Positions 11,373 to 24,185 of a DNA stretch of 64,000 nucleotides are shown here, piece by piece (the first letter of the stretch is position 1; the number at the start of each line of letters is the position of its first letter). The stretch is from assembly GCA_040954595.2 (NCBI GenBank), contig CM082583.2, forward strand, positions 3,543,060 through 3,607,059, given 5' to 3'. This DNA comes from Balanoglossus misakiensis (Eukaryota > Animalia > Hemichordata). The position numbers were made by a program, and so were the translations under genes. The notes under the pieces were generated by a model. It did not search any database and was not told the DNA's origin. It saw nothing but the letters and a program-made list of their open reading frames with translations.

Positions 11373-11867
11373 ATACGTACTACGTCCAGCTATCGTTCTT
11401 CCAAGTATTGTAGAAAGGCTGTTCCGATGATTGCCTTGCGGAACCGACTGGCCAGACGGAATCAAGAACGTCGCCGTAGCTCGGCTTCAGCGAGCGGTTC
11501 TGAGTTATTGTTGGAGAGACGTCGTTCGTCGCTGTTAATTGGTTGTGAGACCAATTCGGCGCCCCCAACGCCACCTGCAAACACCTATACCAATCGAGTC
11601 AATCGACGGCACTCGTCCGCTTCAGGTTCGACAGAAAGTACCCCGTCTTCGTTGGCTAATAACACTACTTTTGTTTTTCCCTTGCACTCAAGATCCCAGA
11701 AGAAGAGGCGATCACTGACATGTAACGCTGTTTGTGGGGAAGATGATGTGTATAGTGCAACCTCAAGTTTTTCTGCGATAACATTCGTTGTCATATTGGT
11801 ATTGATGACAGTTGGGTTAGTTTTGATAATTTCAGACTTTGTTCGACGATTTTGGAAAGAATCGTAA
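11373..11867 (+). CDS. Terminal coding exon of an unknown small protein with a C-terminal transmembrane helix; putative upstream exons 2115-2166 and a micro-exon 2405-2419/11194-11195 split by the retrotransposon
   Basis: Acceptor ttttccag at 11372, then an open frame (IRTTSSYRSSKYCRKAVPMIALRN...) to the stop at 11867; several RRxS motifs; hydrophobic FSAITFVVILVLMTVGLVLII near the C-terminus; upstream exon phases are compatible. Confidence 0.55.
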   Translation: MRTTSSYRSSKYCRKAVPMIALRNRLARRNQERRRSSASASGSELLLERRRSSLLIGCETNSAPPTPPANTYTNRVNRRHSSASGSTESTPSSLANNTTFVFPLHSRSQKKRRSLTCNAVCGEDDVYSATSSFSAITFVVILVLMTVGLVLIISDFVRRFWKES

Positions 11868-13038
11868 AGGAAACATTACGTTGTTGCCAACGTTATCACT
11901 TTATAAAAACATTATTTTGGGCTTTATATATGTTTCACTCATATAAGTCCGGGTATGTATCACTGCAAAAATACTCTATCTAGTTTAGGATGCCGCATAA
12001 GACCATATACACTGAGACACTATACTGTTATAATATGAAGAAATAACTAACTATAATGTTATAATACCAGTATGAGGAAATATAAACCATTTTTGAACAA
12101 TAAGAATATAAATTATTATTGTTAATATAACACTGAATCACTCTACAGTGTTATAATATGGACAAAGTAATTTGAGCAATGAAATATTAATACGTGTATT
12201 GTCAACTCTGAAACTGTTGCCGTAAAGAGGTAATGGTTTGCGACGATGGTATTTTTTGTCGTGAGGGGGTTAGTGTGAACAACTTACATGTACATGATGT
12301 AAAAGTCTTGTCATTTTATTGCAAGAGTACGTGGAGGACTTGATTACGCATTCCTTTCATTATGATAATGCTTTGACGTTTTGGTAAATTAGCCATTTGC
12401 TTTAAAATTTTGAAAACCACTTTTGCCTGAAATTTTACTTCATTTCGACGTGGCTTTTTACCATCAAGTTCAAGCTAGTGCAGTTCCGTGGCATTTTTTG
12501 TTTGCTTTTGTAATTTTTAGTTATTGTTGATTGTAATACTGTATGGTATTTTGGAAACAAAAAGTCGCCTTTTCTGTTTTTAAATAAGTCATTTCACACC
12601 ACTGAGGCGATGTCACACAGTTGCGGACAAGTATTAGTCAACCTCACACCCCTCGGCCGTCCCCACCAAATAATGGAACATGCCAAGTTGTAGCCTTGCG
12701 TCCATCGGGGCGGATGGGACCGCAATTTTAGGGAAAAAATTCAGTTTATTTCGGGGCAAGAAACTTTACCCTGTCTACCTCTTCTTCCTAACCGACCCCG
12801 GTACGGAGATAGTACCGAGTTTTTTTGGGGCTGGGATCTCACCCCATAATGTTACAAAGCGCAATGGGTTATGGGTAAAAGAAATCAACACAGAAGTTGT
12901 TGGCCGGGCCAATAAACTTTCGAGGTGAAAACGAGGTTGGGGAAACCCATTCCTGGTCACCTGATCAGCTGTTTTGGATTACATTGGGCTGGCACGACCG
13001 TACGTGGTTGAAACTCACGTGTACCTACTACTCTAACT

Positions 13039-16000
13039 ATGGCGACTCAAATACGCTCAAGGAAATCAACGAAAGAGTCTGCATCAATTCTGAAGCCAAA
13101 TAGTAGCAAGTCGGATTTAGAATCTACAAGCAGGTACGTACCACTAGTACCTCCATGGTACCACAAAGTCAAATGCTGTGGAAACATCTTGGTGGTGGTG
13201 GTCACAGGCGCTCAAGACGATCGCTTCGCGATGGGGGGGGGGGGGGGGGCTGCAGTTCGCGATGGGTAGGGGTGGGGGGCTTCAGTACCCCTAATTTTAT
13301 AATATTAGGGGTACTGAAGCCTTCACCCCCACCCATCGCGAACTGCAGCCCCCCCCCCCCCCCCCCATCGCGAAGCGATCGTCTTGAGCGCCTGTGGTGG
13401 TGGTGGTGGGGGGGGGGTGTCTCCTGGTGGTGGGGAAACCAGCAGTACCCACTAGATGGAATAATCATAGCCATGGTTGACTGGTTGGTTGGCTCCAGCC
13501 ATCAGCTAGCCCTGTGTGGCAGGGCTGTGTGTCTTACGGCGATGCCTCCACACCCACACTGGTCACAGGCATCGCCGTAAGACATAGCCCTGCCACGCAG
13601 AGCGTCCCGTGCTACTGAAAAGTTGTCTAGCCTTTGCATACTAGATTGTCAAGAATTACTTTTAGCTGCACTGCCTCCAAACTTCGAATACTTTTGGCTG
13701 CACTGCCGGATAGGATGATTTGTTTTGATCACATGTGTAATAATTTTTTAATGTGAACATGAAAAAGCCTATATTGAGACTGCAGGTCACCACTGTTTTG
13801 TCTCTTCTCCCTAACTGTTTACCAATAAAAAGGGTCATATTTAACCACTAAACATACAGTGTACGTGTGGCTACGCTACACTAGACTTACAATACTGATT
13901 CTGCATAAAAATTGCAATCTTTAAATGATTAACCCAGAGCTATAACATGTAACGTGACACTAGTATCTGCAATGTAAGAAACAATGTTCCGATATATGGA
14001 GTCCTTAAATTTAAAACCTTGCTTAAAAACCCTCCTAGAGGGAAAATTCCTCTGAGGAAATAAAACAAAATTTCTCCGGGTATTACTACTTTCAAGGTTC
14101 AGAGTCTCTGAACCTTGAAAGTAGTAATACCCGGAGAAATTTTGTTTTATTTCTTAACAAAACACAATTAGAACCTGATTTTTTGGTGGTAAGCGCATAG
14201 ACTGACCCAATTACTAACACATACTGGAAAACTCCTAAACAGCGCCCTCACAAAACAAAAACTCTTTTATTTCCCTCAAAACGTTGTACCTTGAGAAATA
14301 ACATTTTTTAAAGATGTGTACGACTGAGTTTGGAGGCAGCGCAGTCATATACCTGGACACTCAAGCCAGACTAGACTATCAGCTGAGCCCATTGCCTTGA
14401 GGCTAGACCAATTTACCCGTATGACCAAGTGGCCACATTTTAATTCATTTTGACTAAAACTCTTATACACTACACAGTCTTGTCAGGTACATGTACTACA
14501 ATGCATTGACGTTTGAGGTTACACAGGTCTCATCATGTTTAATTTTTAATGCAATTAGCCATCACAAATAATACTGAATCGAACTTCCATCATGGATCTA
14601 ATCATGCATAATCTTTGTTACTATTATACAGATAATTAATTTGCTGTCATTGCAAGTTAAATTAACTGCCAATGCAAGAAAGACTGAAGCCAATTAATCC
14701 ATAGCATGATTAGGGTCTCGCATGTCTTCACAAGAAAACACTCCCTACCACCAGTTCAGACGCTTGTTAAAAAGGGGCAATGTGGATATATTTATAAGTG
14801 AATCAACGGTCGACCACACACAACTTCCTTCCCACTTGTAGACGCGAGAGTGAAAAACTTGCCAAAATGAATAATCAGTCTCTACCACTTATTCATTTTG
14901 GGCGAGTTTTAACTCTCATATCCTACAAACGGGAAGTTGTGTGTGGTTGAACGTTCATTCATTACATATATACATGTACATTAACATAAACGGTGTCTTG
15001 TAACAAGCATAATTAATGGCAAAAGGGCAGCGAGAGAGAAACTTTGTCCCTTTAATCACTTGATTACAGTCAGAGAAGCGGAACCAGTGTCAGCTCTAGT
15101 GATGAAAGCAAATCTGAACTAGAACCAGCCTTAAAGGAACGGAAAAGAAGAATTAGTAAGAAAGTTGCATGTATCTTGCCTGCTGGTCACCTGACTGCAA
15201 TACCATGGGGCGTGCTTGTTGGTGCATTCTGGATTTTGGATGTTTTCAGGAATGCTGTCAGAGTGAGTCAAAGTATATCTGTGCTAGGACTAGGAGCTGT
15301 CTTTGCTCTATTTTTATCTGTTCATGACTTAACAAGTTTGGTTTGAAAAAATAGAATAAATGAAAGGTTCCACAATGCCATATGGAGTAATTGAGATATT
15401 TCTCCTAATTGTTGTACTCCTTGGGTGCCTTTTATGAGAAAACCTTTAAATTCGCATGGAGTGTATGGGATCAGATGATATCAGTCTGTCTGTAATGTGT
15501 GTATGTAGCTTTCACCACTACATGTATTATTTATGGGGCTAATATTGAAATTATTAAGATCACGTTACTGTACACCGTACTTGCAATTGATTATACTTCA
15601 ACATGCTATCTTTGTGTATTTCAGGTCTTTTGGCCTGACATGTTTGTTTTTGTTGATGGTTCAATTATGGCAGCATTTATGCATATAGCTTACAGCATTA
15701 TTGTTCCTGTGTGTTTTTACCAGGTAAGCATGAACTGTGGTTAAAGTCTCATGCACAATTATTTCAGACTAGATATATTTTTTTATTTTCAGAAGATTCA
15801 AAATAGTTTGTTTGTGGGTCATTGTACAAACAATTGTAGATTGTAATTTATGTACATTGTATGTATTACAGTCTGTGGTACAATTGACTTTCACCATTCG
15901 ATGACACACTCCAAATGATCTGTTGTAAGGCAAAGGCTTATCTCAACATTTCCTGTCACATCTATCAATACTAGTGACAGTGTCAACTATTTAGTTTTTA

Positions 16001-19000
16001 TCTGTTCCAGTCCAGCGTTTTGTTTTGATGGGGTACAGTAATACTGTGAGCTGACAATTGAGAGGAAAATAACATTTGTATTCATTTGTGTATATATTTT
16101 TTGTCAATGTACAATGTACTTTGAAATTTAGTCACGTGTACTACATGTTTTAATGACAATTTATTCATAATTTGTAGTCAGTTCAGAGTTGTAAAGCCAA
16201 TAAAACTAACCTTAGCTGTTATATTCTTCTTGTGTTCATATTTCAGTTGTGGGAAAAATCGCCCCGTAGAGTGTCTTCAAGTTTGATGGTTCCAGTTATA
16301 GCTGTCTTCACAGTTGCTTCCAGCGTTCAGGTAGTGACTGAATGTGCGATTACTAAACTCACCATTCATGGTTTTGACAGTGAATTGTCGGTTGAAGAGA
16401 ACACCCTGATGCAGTTTGTCAAGCCAAGAGAATTGGTAAGAATCGAGTAAACGACTTTTGAAATCTTTACACACACATCCACACTGTGTCAGCGTGTATA
16501 TGTACCTTTATGATATGGCCCACAGCACCTGCACTTTTATCATTGAAAACTGCAAGTCTAGCCTTATATACATGTAAGTATACAAATGTCAGTGTTGCTA
16601 TGCATGTACATAGAGAGTTTTCTGGCCAAAAACTGAGTTTTCAGGAAAAAGGGAACTGTACTAGTTAATACACTAGACAGTTAGTTATGCCTAAAAGATA
16701 TCAATAGTTGCGCAAATTTCCTTGGAGCATACCCCTGTTCTGTATAAATATGACATTATATAACATCAAAATAAAGTTATAAGGCACTTGACTATTGGCT
16801 CTGTGAGATGAAAGTAGCGATATAACACAATTCTCTCCATATATGCAATTCTCTCCATATACATGTACACACTTGCCCATGGCTTGTGCATATACATACA
16901 TGTATATATGTCATGAATTGGGCTATATCTCATGGTATACCAGACCTTGGCGGGGGTTATTGCTTAAGTTAAATAAGCAATTGTCTGACAGAGTTATAAC
17001 TTGATGTTCATTGAACTTCGCCTCAATGACATTCACTCTGACAATCACTTCAAATTTGGATGATTATTTGCAATGGAACACGGTTGAATGAGGATTTTTT
17101 TTTTTTCATTTGAATGATTGACAAACTTAGACATAGAACTGCATGGTGCTATTCTCTCCGGCAATTGATGGTTGAGTAAAAGAATTCGCCCAGTTCTGCA
17201 AAGCAGACGACCAGATGGCTGGCGGCCTAATAGCTAGAACCCTGCAGAATGTCTGCAAAATGTGTTGGTAGTGTGTCTACCTCCATTTTTTGAAAGACCA
17301 GACAATTTTAGCTCTATTTTAGCTCTATCCTTTTTGATGCCAAAGATAAATTTATATAAAATACCGGTGGACAGCTTTATATGTTAAATTTACCTTTTTG
17401 TATTATCACACACATTTTGTAGATAATATTCTACACAGAGAGAGCACTCGGATGACTGATTTATGTGTTTGGATCGAACAAAAAATAGAGATGTTGCATG
17501 GTGATGATAGGTTAATGGATTGAAGTTAATGAGGACCGCACTTGAAGCCAATCTATTTTAAGGCGACAGACAACAGTCAATGAGACATTGGTGTTGATCT
17601 AAACATCTTAGTACTACACAGGCAATTAAAATGAGAACTTCAAAACTACAATAAACCTTGAAGCTACAGATATTAAAATTCCAAGTCTTTCACTGAACAA
17701 TAATTTGTGAAAATTTATCATTTTACTTATGAGACATGTGTTGTTCATTTTCTATTTTCTTTCTTCACTTTCAAAAATTCTTATGTATGCCTATGTCATT
17801 TTGACAGAATTAAGCTGCTGTCAAAACCTTGGTGTTCTTGTATGTAATTGCTGTACCATTCTTGAGTGGTCTTGAAACACCAATTTTAGTCATTGAAATA
17901 TTAATCCAATAATTATCATTATATGCACAGGTAGATGTCTTTGCAGATATTGTCTATATTGGAAACGGCGTGGGACACTTTCTGTGGTAAGCAGATCACA
18001 TCAATTTCCCCTGATTATCCTGTACACTGAAGGTACACTGGTGAGAAAAAAATGAGAACAGTTTATCTGACAAATTGTTAGTTTTTTTTAGTTGAGCATA
18101 AGATAACAATGGTCTTAATTTGGCATTGGCTTCTGTAATGTTTAGCCATATGATTAATATAGAGGAGAAAAGTCAGGGTCCTAAGATGGCAACCTGAGTG
18201 TGTTCCATATGTGTCCATTAATTGTTACATGTGCATGTACTCATAAGCCACATTGCTGGTCAGCTGTGCCCTCTAAGCCTACCGTATATGACGTGCCAGC
18301 GACTCAACAAACTCACTGGTGACTCAAGAAAATTATCCACACTACATGCAAATGTATAGGGCTGACTCAGAGAAATTTCTAAAAATCCGAAAATTGACTC
18401 AAGGCTTGTAAAAATTATTGAAATTTAATTTTTTTGAGAAATATTTACATAGCTCGTGAGTAAAGAACAGATTGAATGAAAGGGTAATTGGGAACAGAAA
18501 ATAGCAAGTGCTTGTCAAGTCTGTTCCCATTCCTCTGTACATTGCAAATATAAAAAATTACATTTCTACTTGAGGGCAATTATTATACACCTACTGCTGT
18601 AACCTATGGAGTTCCGTAATACAATAATTCGCGGTATCACCGTACAATAATTATTCAAATGAGGACGCAGAGTCCAATAACACCAGGGTTATTGGACGCA
18701 TTGTGACAGGACTGGTGATCAATGTAAACAATGATGATATTAACCCTACTCTGACAAAAAATTATATAAAAAAGTACACAGCCGTTATTAAACAAAATTA
18801 TTGGTGACCCAAGATGCAAAATAAGTCAAAATCCACGCTGAAATTTCAGTCGAAGAATCTGTGAACGAACAGGCGAGTGCGTTCATTTCAAGTTCCAGAA
18901 CGAGCTCAGCGCAAGCAGCGTAGAACGTCGCGCGCGAGACAGGCAGTTCGACACTAGCATCACCTGATGCGCGAGGTGAAGGCGCGTTCGATATGCAAAT

Positions 19001-20764
19001 TACATCATGGCGGCGTCTGAAAACTAGAAAGTCCGATAGCAGCCTATTTATTCTTTATCGTTCATGAAGAACGTTCAGAAAAGGTGTATAATATTAAGGT
19101 TATTCACAAAATACCGGGATTTATGTCCTCGTACATCGTACGCTTCGGTATTGTCCTCGATGCTGCGCGTCTCGGACAATACCTGCGCTGTACGATGTAC
19201 TCGGACATAAATCCCGGTATTTTGTGAATAACCTTATATTACATACATAGTCAGTAACATTATGTTTGTTAGAGGGCACACTGTTGCTAGTAGTCGGGTT
19301 CCCTACCCCCATTCTAACATTGCTGGTGCTATATACTCACAAAAGGGTTCAGGCATGGGGTCGTTGCTGTTTTTAATGGAAAAAGGTTAGATGTGTTTAG
19401 AGACAATCAATAAGTTGTGATTAAAATTGATGCACATGCAGATGTATATCTGCATTTGCAACAGAAATATGATCAGATGTAACTCTGACCCCTTGGTGAC
19501 CTGTGATGTCATTCAGAAGTTTTCCTCTGAGAAAGGATGCAAAGAGTTGAATGCTGAGTACACAGACATACTACATACCAGTACAAATGTACATGTACAT
19601 GTGTACATGTAAGCTGTGTACAGAGTTGTGATATGTCCTTGAACCGTAATTGCAATTTGATGATCATCAATTTATTAATAATATACCGTTGGGAAATTGG
19701 TTTATGCAACGTACATGTATAATATAAAAGGGTAGCCTGGGTTTCTTTGTCTGTAGTAAAGTGCTCAATATTGCAAGGATAGAACTGAATAAGCTGTATT
19801 CATTCTGACAAGAAGCACACCTGTTGAACAAAAGATCAGAGCTATTATTAATATTTCAGAATAACCTTATCTGACATTCCATGCTGCTCCAATGCATTAT
19901 TCATTTTACTTTATTCTACAAGTAATTACTTTGTATAATATGACATCGTTTTTATCTTTATAACAGGTGGACATCTTTCCTGTTGTTTTTGCTGATGTAT
20001 TTTCTGGGCTGTTTTATCAAGAAAGCGTCAAAAATTCCAGAGGGAATTCAACAGCTGACCACACCTAGTTGGGTTATTTTGCTTCTATTGGCTATTTATA
20101 TGTGGTAAGAACTGAGAGCTAAAATGGGCTTGTTTGTTCAGTTTTATGTGAAAGCTAAAAATAATGATCGTAAAGTATAGTGTAAAACATGTTATTTTTT
20201 GCGATATCAAAAGAGAAAACTGTTTCGCAAGTATTAATTTTCACATTCTCTTATTTCATTTATTGCATCGTTTATCTCTGGAAAAAAATTTACGCGACTT
20301 TTTTTTTCATCTTATTTTGGCTCGCATATTTCATGAAAATTTTAATATTGCTCGCCAAAATAACATGTTTTAAATTACAGTATGTATGACAATTTTGGTC
20401 TTCTCTTTTCAGGTACATTGTTGCTCAGAATGCGATTGTGTGGCCATTCCTTCTGGTAGTTGTCGTTTCCTTGGTGTATCAGATGTTTGAGTTCTCAATG
20501 CACAGAATCACTGATATCAATGGACAATTGCTGCTCCAAAGCCTTGGGGTGGCTCTAGTGTTTCTAGCCACGTGGAAGTTCTTATTATGGGGTGACAAGG
20601 ATCTCGATAAAATGTATCCTGGTTTCTTGGAAGTTCCACAGCCATGGACTTATGTGAAGATGTATGTCTGCAATAGTAATAATAACGGTCTGAAAGCCAT
20701 AATGGAACAGTCTGCAGAAACGACAGACGAGTCGACCAGTTCACCAGTGTTGTCAGTCACGTGA
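13039..20764 (+). CDS. CLN6: CLN6-like ER multi-pass membrane protein, 7 exons: 13039-13133, 15070-15262, 15625-15723, 16247-16435, 17931-17986, 19967-20104, 20413-20764
   Basis: All introns GT-AG with matching phases. Translation resembles CLN6 throughout: WILDVFR, FMHIAYSIIVP, LWEKSPR, LSVEEN..VKP, GHFLWW, LMYFLGCF, DINGQLL, LWGDKDLDKMYPGFLEVPQPW. Divergent, so it may be a paralog. Confidence 0.85.
13203..13396. mobile_element. Palindromic MITE (CAC...GTG termini, possible 2-bp GT duplication; CACTA/EnSpm-like)
   Basis: Arms cacaggcgctcaagacgatcgcttcgcgat(G)n and (C)natcgcgaagcgatcgtcttgagcgcctgtg fold back over almost the whole 194 bp. Confidence 0.75.
13509..13603. repeat. Inverted repeat / small MITE-like hairpin
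   Basis: gtggcagggctgtgtgtcttacggcgatgcct pairs with aggcatcgccgtaagacatagccctgccac. Confidence 0.7.
14057..14153. repeat. Perfect palindrome, 48-bp arms with 1-nt loop
   Basis: gaaataaaacaaaatttctccgggtattactactttcaaggttcagag-t-ctctgaaccttgaaagtagtaatacccggagaaattttgttttatttc. Confidence 0.9.
14780..15051. mobile_element. Partial copy of the TTAA-flanked MITE family AGGGACA...TGTCCCT (Kolobok-like)
   Basis: Similar to 37445-37791 and 29738-30457; ends tgtccct-ttaa. Confidence 0.75.
18580..18668 (+). repeat. Dispersed repeat end; inverted copy at 23469-23557
   Basis: ttattatacacctactgctgtaacctatgg...gaggacgc is the near-exact reverse complement of 23469-23557. Confidence 0.8.
19095..19236. 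mobile_element. Hairpin MITE
   Basis: TIRs taaggttattcacaaaataccgggatttatgtcc / ggacataaatcccggtattttgtgaataacctta. Confidence 0.8.
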
Positions 20765-22039
20765 TCTAAAACATAAAAATGTCAATCACTTCAAGCAACA
20801 GCAAAGGGACATGCTCAATATACATAAAATCATTGATTAAAAAAATACTGCACCTGAGTTTGTCACAAACAAGCAATTTCCTGTCAGGCATGCCTCAACT
20901 TGATCCTATCATCTTTTATTTTCTGTACATTACTGACATGTTTGAACATAGACCCTATAACAGCATCTCTACGAATCTGTCAGATTGCAGAAATTGTTCC
21001 AAGAGACGGGTTTCTCTGAGATGTTGTCCCTGCCCCACGTTTCCATGACAAAAGGCATTTTCAGATGGGAGTACCATTTAAACATTCCGAGTATTTGTTT
21101 AATGGAGTTGCCATATTTGTCAAGTTTTCAACATTTGTGTTTGAGTGATATTCATATAAAACTTCTTAAATTTATTTTTCGTGTTGATACTGTGCATTAT
21201 TTATTATTCTCACACTCCTAGCACGCTGGGAGTGTGAGAACAGAGTGTGAGAACAAATGGACATAGTGCAGAGAACTTGTAGATTTGGCTCAGTCTGTCT
21301 GTGCGTCCCTGCATACAAAGCCATACCACAAACATGCCTCTGTTACATTTCTACTGTTCTCCCTAGAAATGCGACGGTGTTGTGGATAATTTGCATTGCA
21401 GCTGAAGTGATTGTTAGGTCCCATTTGGTGTATGTAAATGTACCATGGGTATATACATTTCAGGTTTGAGACGGCTTTGCCAGCAAGACCTGAGCTGGTG
21501 TAAAGGATTAACAACACACTGTCTATGGGGCTGAGCACCAGGCTCTATGCTGTAACTTTGTGTGTGTGTTGACAGAAAGCGCCTCACAATTTTCGTTTTT
21601 TTTCCAGAGAAGTCTGAAAGTTCGTATCGATATCACATTAATAAAAATAATATACAACATTGTCCTTTTCTTCAAAATAACAGTACTTGTCAGAATCAGT
21701 CAAATTCCATTTACAAAGGAGAACATAATAACAAACAAACACATATGCAACATTTGGTATCTTTATAAAATATCAGAAAGGAAGCATATAACCATACATA
21801 CACCATGTTTATTTTTAACGTTATGATTCCTTTATTCTGAGTTCTCTGGTATGGGTGTACAACTCGATTCTATGTTGGTCAAATGAAGATGTGCACGATA
21901 ATAAATAATTTTGTAAATAAACAAATAACATGATCTAAACTTGATGTGAACTTCAACTGGCAACCAGTGTAAATCGGCAAGTACAGGTGTAATGTGGTCA
22001 AATTTCCTCGTCCGGGAGACTAGGCGAGCTGTTTATGTT

Positions 22040-22181
22040 ATTCTACATGTGGATATATAGTGAATCAAAGTTCGACCACACACAACTTCCATCCAGTTTG
22101 TAGGATATTAGAGTAAAAATCTTGCCAAAATGAATAAATGGTAAATACCGATTATTCATTTTGGCGAGTTTTTCACTCTCG
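22040..22181. repeat. Fragment of the AGGGACA MITE family
   Basis: Shares ctacatgtggatatatagtgaatcaa...gaccacacacaacttcc...ttattcattttggcgag with 37445-37791. Confidence 0.7.
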
Positions 22182-23468
22182 TGAGTGTGGCATTTAATTA
22201 TTTTCACACCCTTGCAGATTACATGACACGAGAGCCGATTGGATGATAAATTAATGCGCACAAAGTGTTATCCAATTACGCGATGTGTAATACAGAAACT
22301 TCAACGTGTCAGACGCTGTCAATTATTCAATGTTTCGATAAATGCGAATTTGACAAATTTGTAGATGTTTGAGTAATAAAATCTCACATCAACGACCTGG
22401 TATAAGATTTCTCACACTCATGGATACTTTGTCTCACACTCGACTGAGACAAATGACGCCAATTAATGTGTGAAATCTAATCCCGGGTCCTTGGGTGTGT
22501 GAGATTCTATTTAGTCTCAACCGATTTGCTCTATAAGTGATGTTTGCCAAAAGAAGCTACGCCAATTGAATGTAATTAAGATGTACAATCGCAAGAACAG
22601 CCTTGTAAAATGACATTTTGACCAGAGCTGCATATATATTTCACCAACATTGAAACTAATTCCATTCAAATTCAGTACAGTGTACCATTTTTTGCACTTG
22701 ATATTTACAGGGCTGATACCTTTGTTAGAAACAATGTCAGAATCATTTTGTAGATGCTCTCAGTCCGACTTTTCCTGTTGATACTCAAACTGTAATGTTT
22801 ATAAAATGTTTCCATTGGGGTTAAAACGGTCAGCGAATGTCGGAATGAGTTAAAGAGGTAATTAAATGTTGCTTGCTTTGTTGTGGTTTAATAGTCCTAC
22901 GTTACTGAGTTTCTGAGAATGGAGAACGGAAATTGCTTGTCTGTGTGATGGATGAAGGTTGTGTGACATCGTTTCACAAAACACATTCTTTTGGCTACAT
23001 ACTTACTACCAGTAACGTACTTAACATTAACATAGCTTCCAGTGCTATCCCTCGACGCTAGCCGTGATGTGCAGCCAAACCCCGGAAGTTGTGTTTGTAC
23101 AATTCATATTTCAATTTGTGGAATCCTCGAAATACTTAAAGTAAATAAATATTGTTAATGTATGTTGGTAATGGTGATAAAATGTTTGTATTGTCGGTAA
23201 ATGGTATAAGCTCCATTAGCTGTAACTTTTCAGCGTTTTTGTATTGTGTATCTGCTGCAGTTTCGTTTACACATTTCGGACGCATGATGAATACCCAGCA
23301 TGGTACAAAAACACAGGAAATAAAGACAAACGTTACAGCTAATGTCACTTTAATGTCAGGCGGTTTGTAGGGATGCTTTATCTCATATCAGTAAAAATAA
23401 CAGCAAACGCTTTGAGGCCAAAGGTCAAGACGCGTCTCATAACCCCGGCCGCGGTGTTATGGGACGCC

Positions 23469-23557
23469 GCGTCCTCATTTGAATAATTATTGTATTCTGA
23501 TACCGCGAATTATTGTATTACGGAACCCCATAGGTTACGGCAGTAGGTGTATAATAA
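23469..23557 (-). repeat. Dispersed repeat end; inverted copy of 18580-18668
   Basis: Reverse-complement match to 18580-18668. Confidence 0.8.
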
Positions 23558-24005
23558 TAAGTCCCATACTTAATCATTTCTGTAAAAAAAATTCTAATAA
23601 TTCTTGCAGATAATACGATATTGCAGATGTCTTATAATTAGAACACAGTTCCAATTATGTTCAGCTTCATTTTGCTGGTAGAGTAATCAGTGGTACATAT
23701 TACTATCGATGGAAAGATCTCTTGCCTTTTTGAACAGTTTGGGGTGAAAGGTGTTGATGAGGTTGATTAGTTTGTGTAGTCAAACTGCATGTTTAATTTT
23801 ACGTCTGGATGAACTAATGAGTAGACTAGTAAAGCGCATGGTGTTTTATGTCACTGGCCATCAGTTAGCAGCTGTGAATTACATGTATAATAAATAACCC
23901 TACTGTGCAAACCTGTTTGAAAATGTAATGTACAATGTGCAGGAAATTTACCCAAACGCAAGTCGACATGATTTTGAAAAAATGATTTCAAACCAAATTC
24001 GTTAA

Positions 24006-24185
24006 AGGTATACGGTCACCTATGGAAAATTAGCGATAGTTACCATTGCAAAATGCCAATCACAGGTTTTCAGTGGGTGGCACACGCGAAAAAAAGAGTG
24101 CCACCATATGTTCTTTTATAGAACGCTCAAATACGCCATTTCAGCCATATATGGGCGTATGTAAATTGGAGGTGACTGTATACCT
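24006..24185. mobile_element. TTAA-flanked MITE (AGGTATAC...GTATACCT; Kolobok-like)
   Basis: TIR aggtatacggtcacc / ggtgactgtatacct with TTAA on both sides; related copies at 38474-38658, ~33857-34049 and fragments near 33300-33455. Confidence 0.8.

Noticed and set aside
12680-13103. Overlapping ORFs upstream of the CLN6-like start
   Set aside because: No family similarity; more simply promoter/5' UTR sequence.
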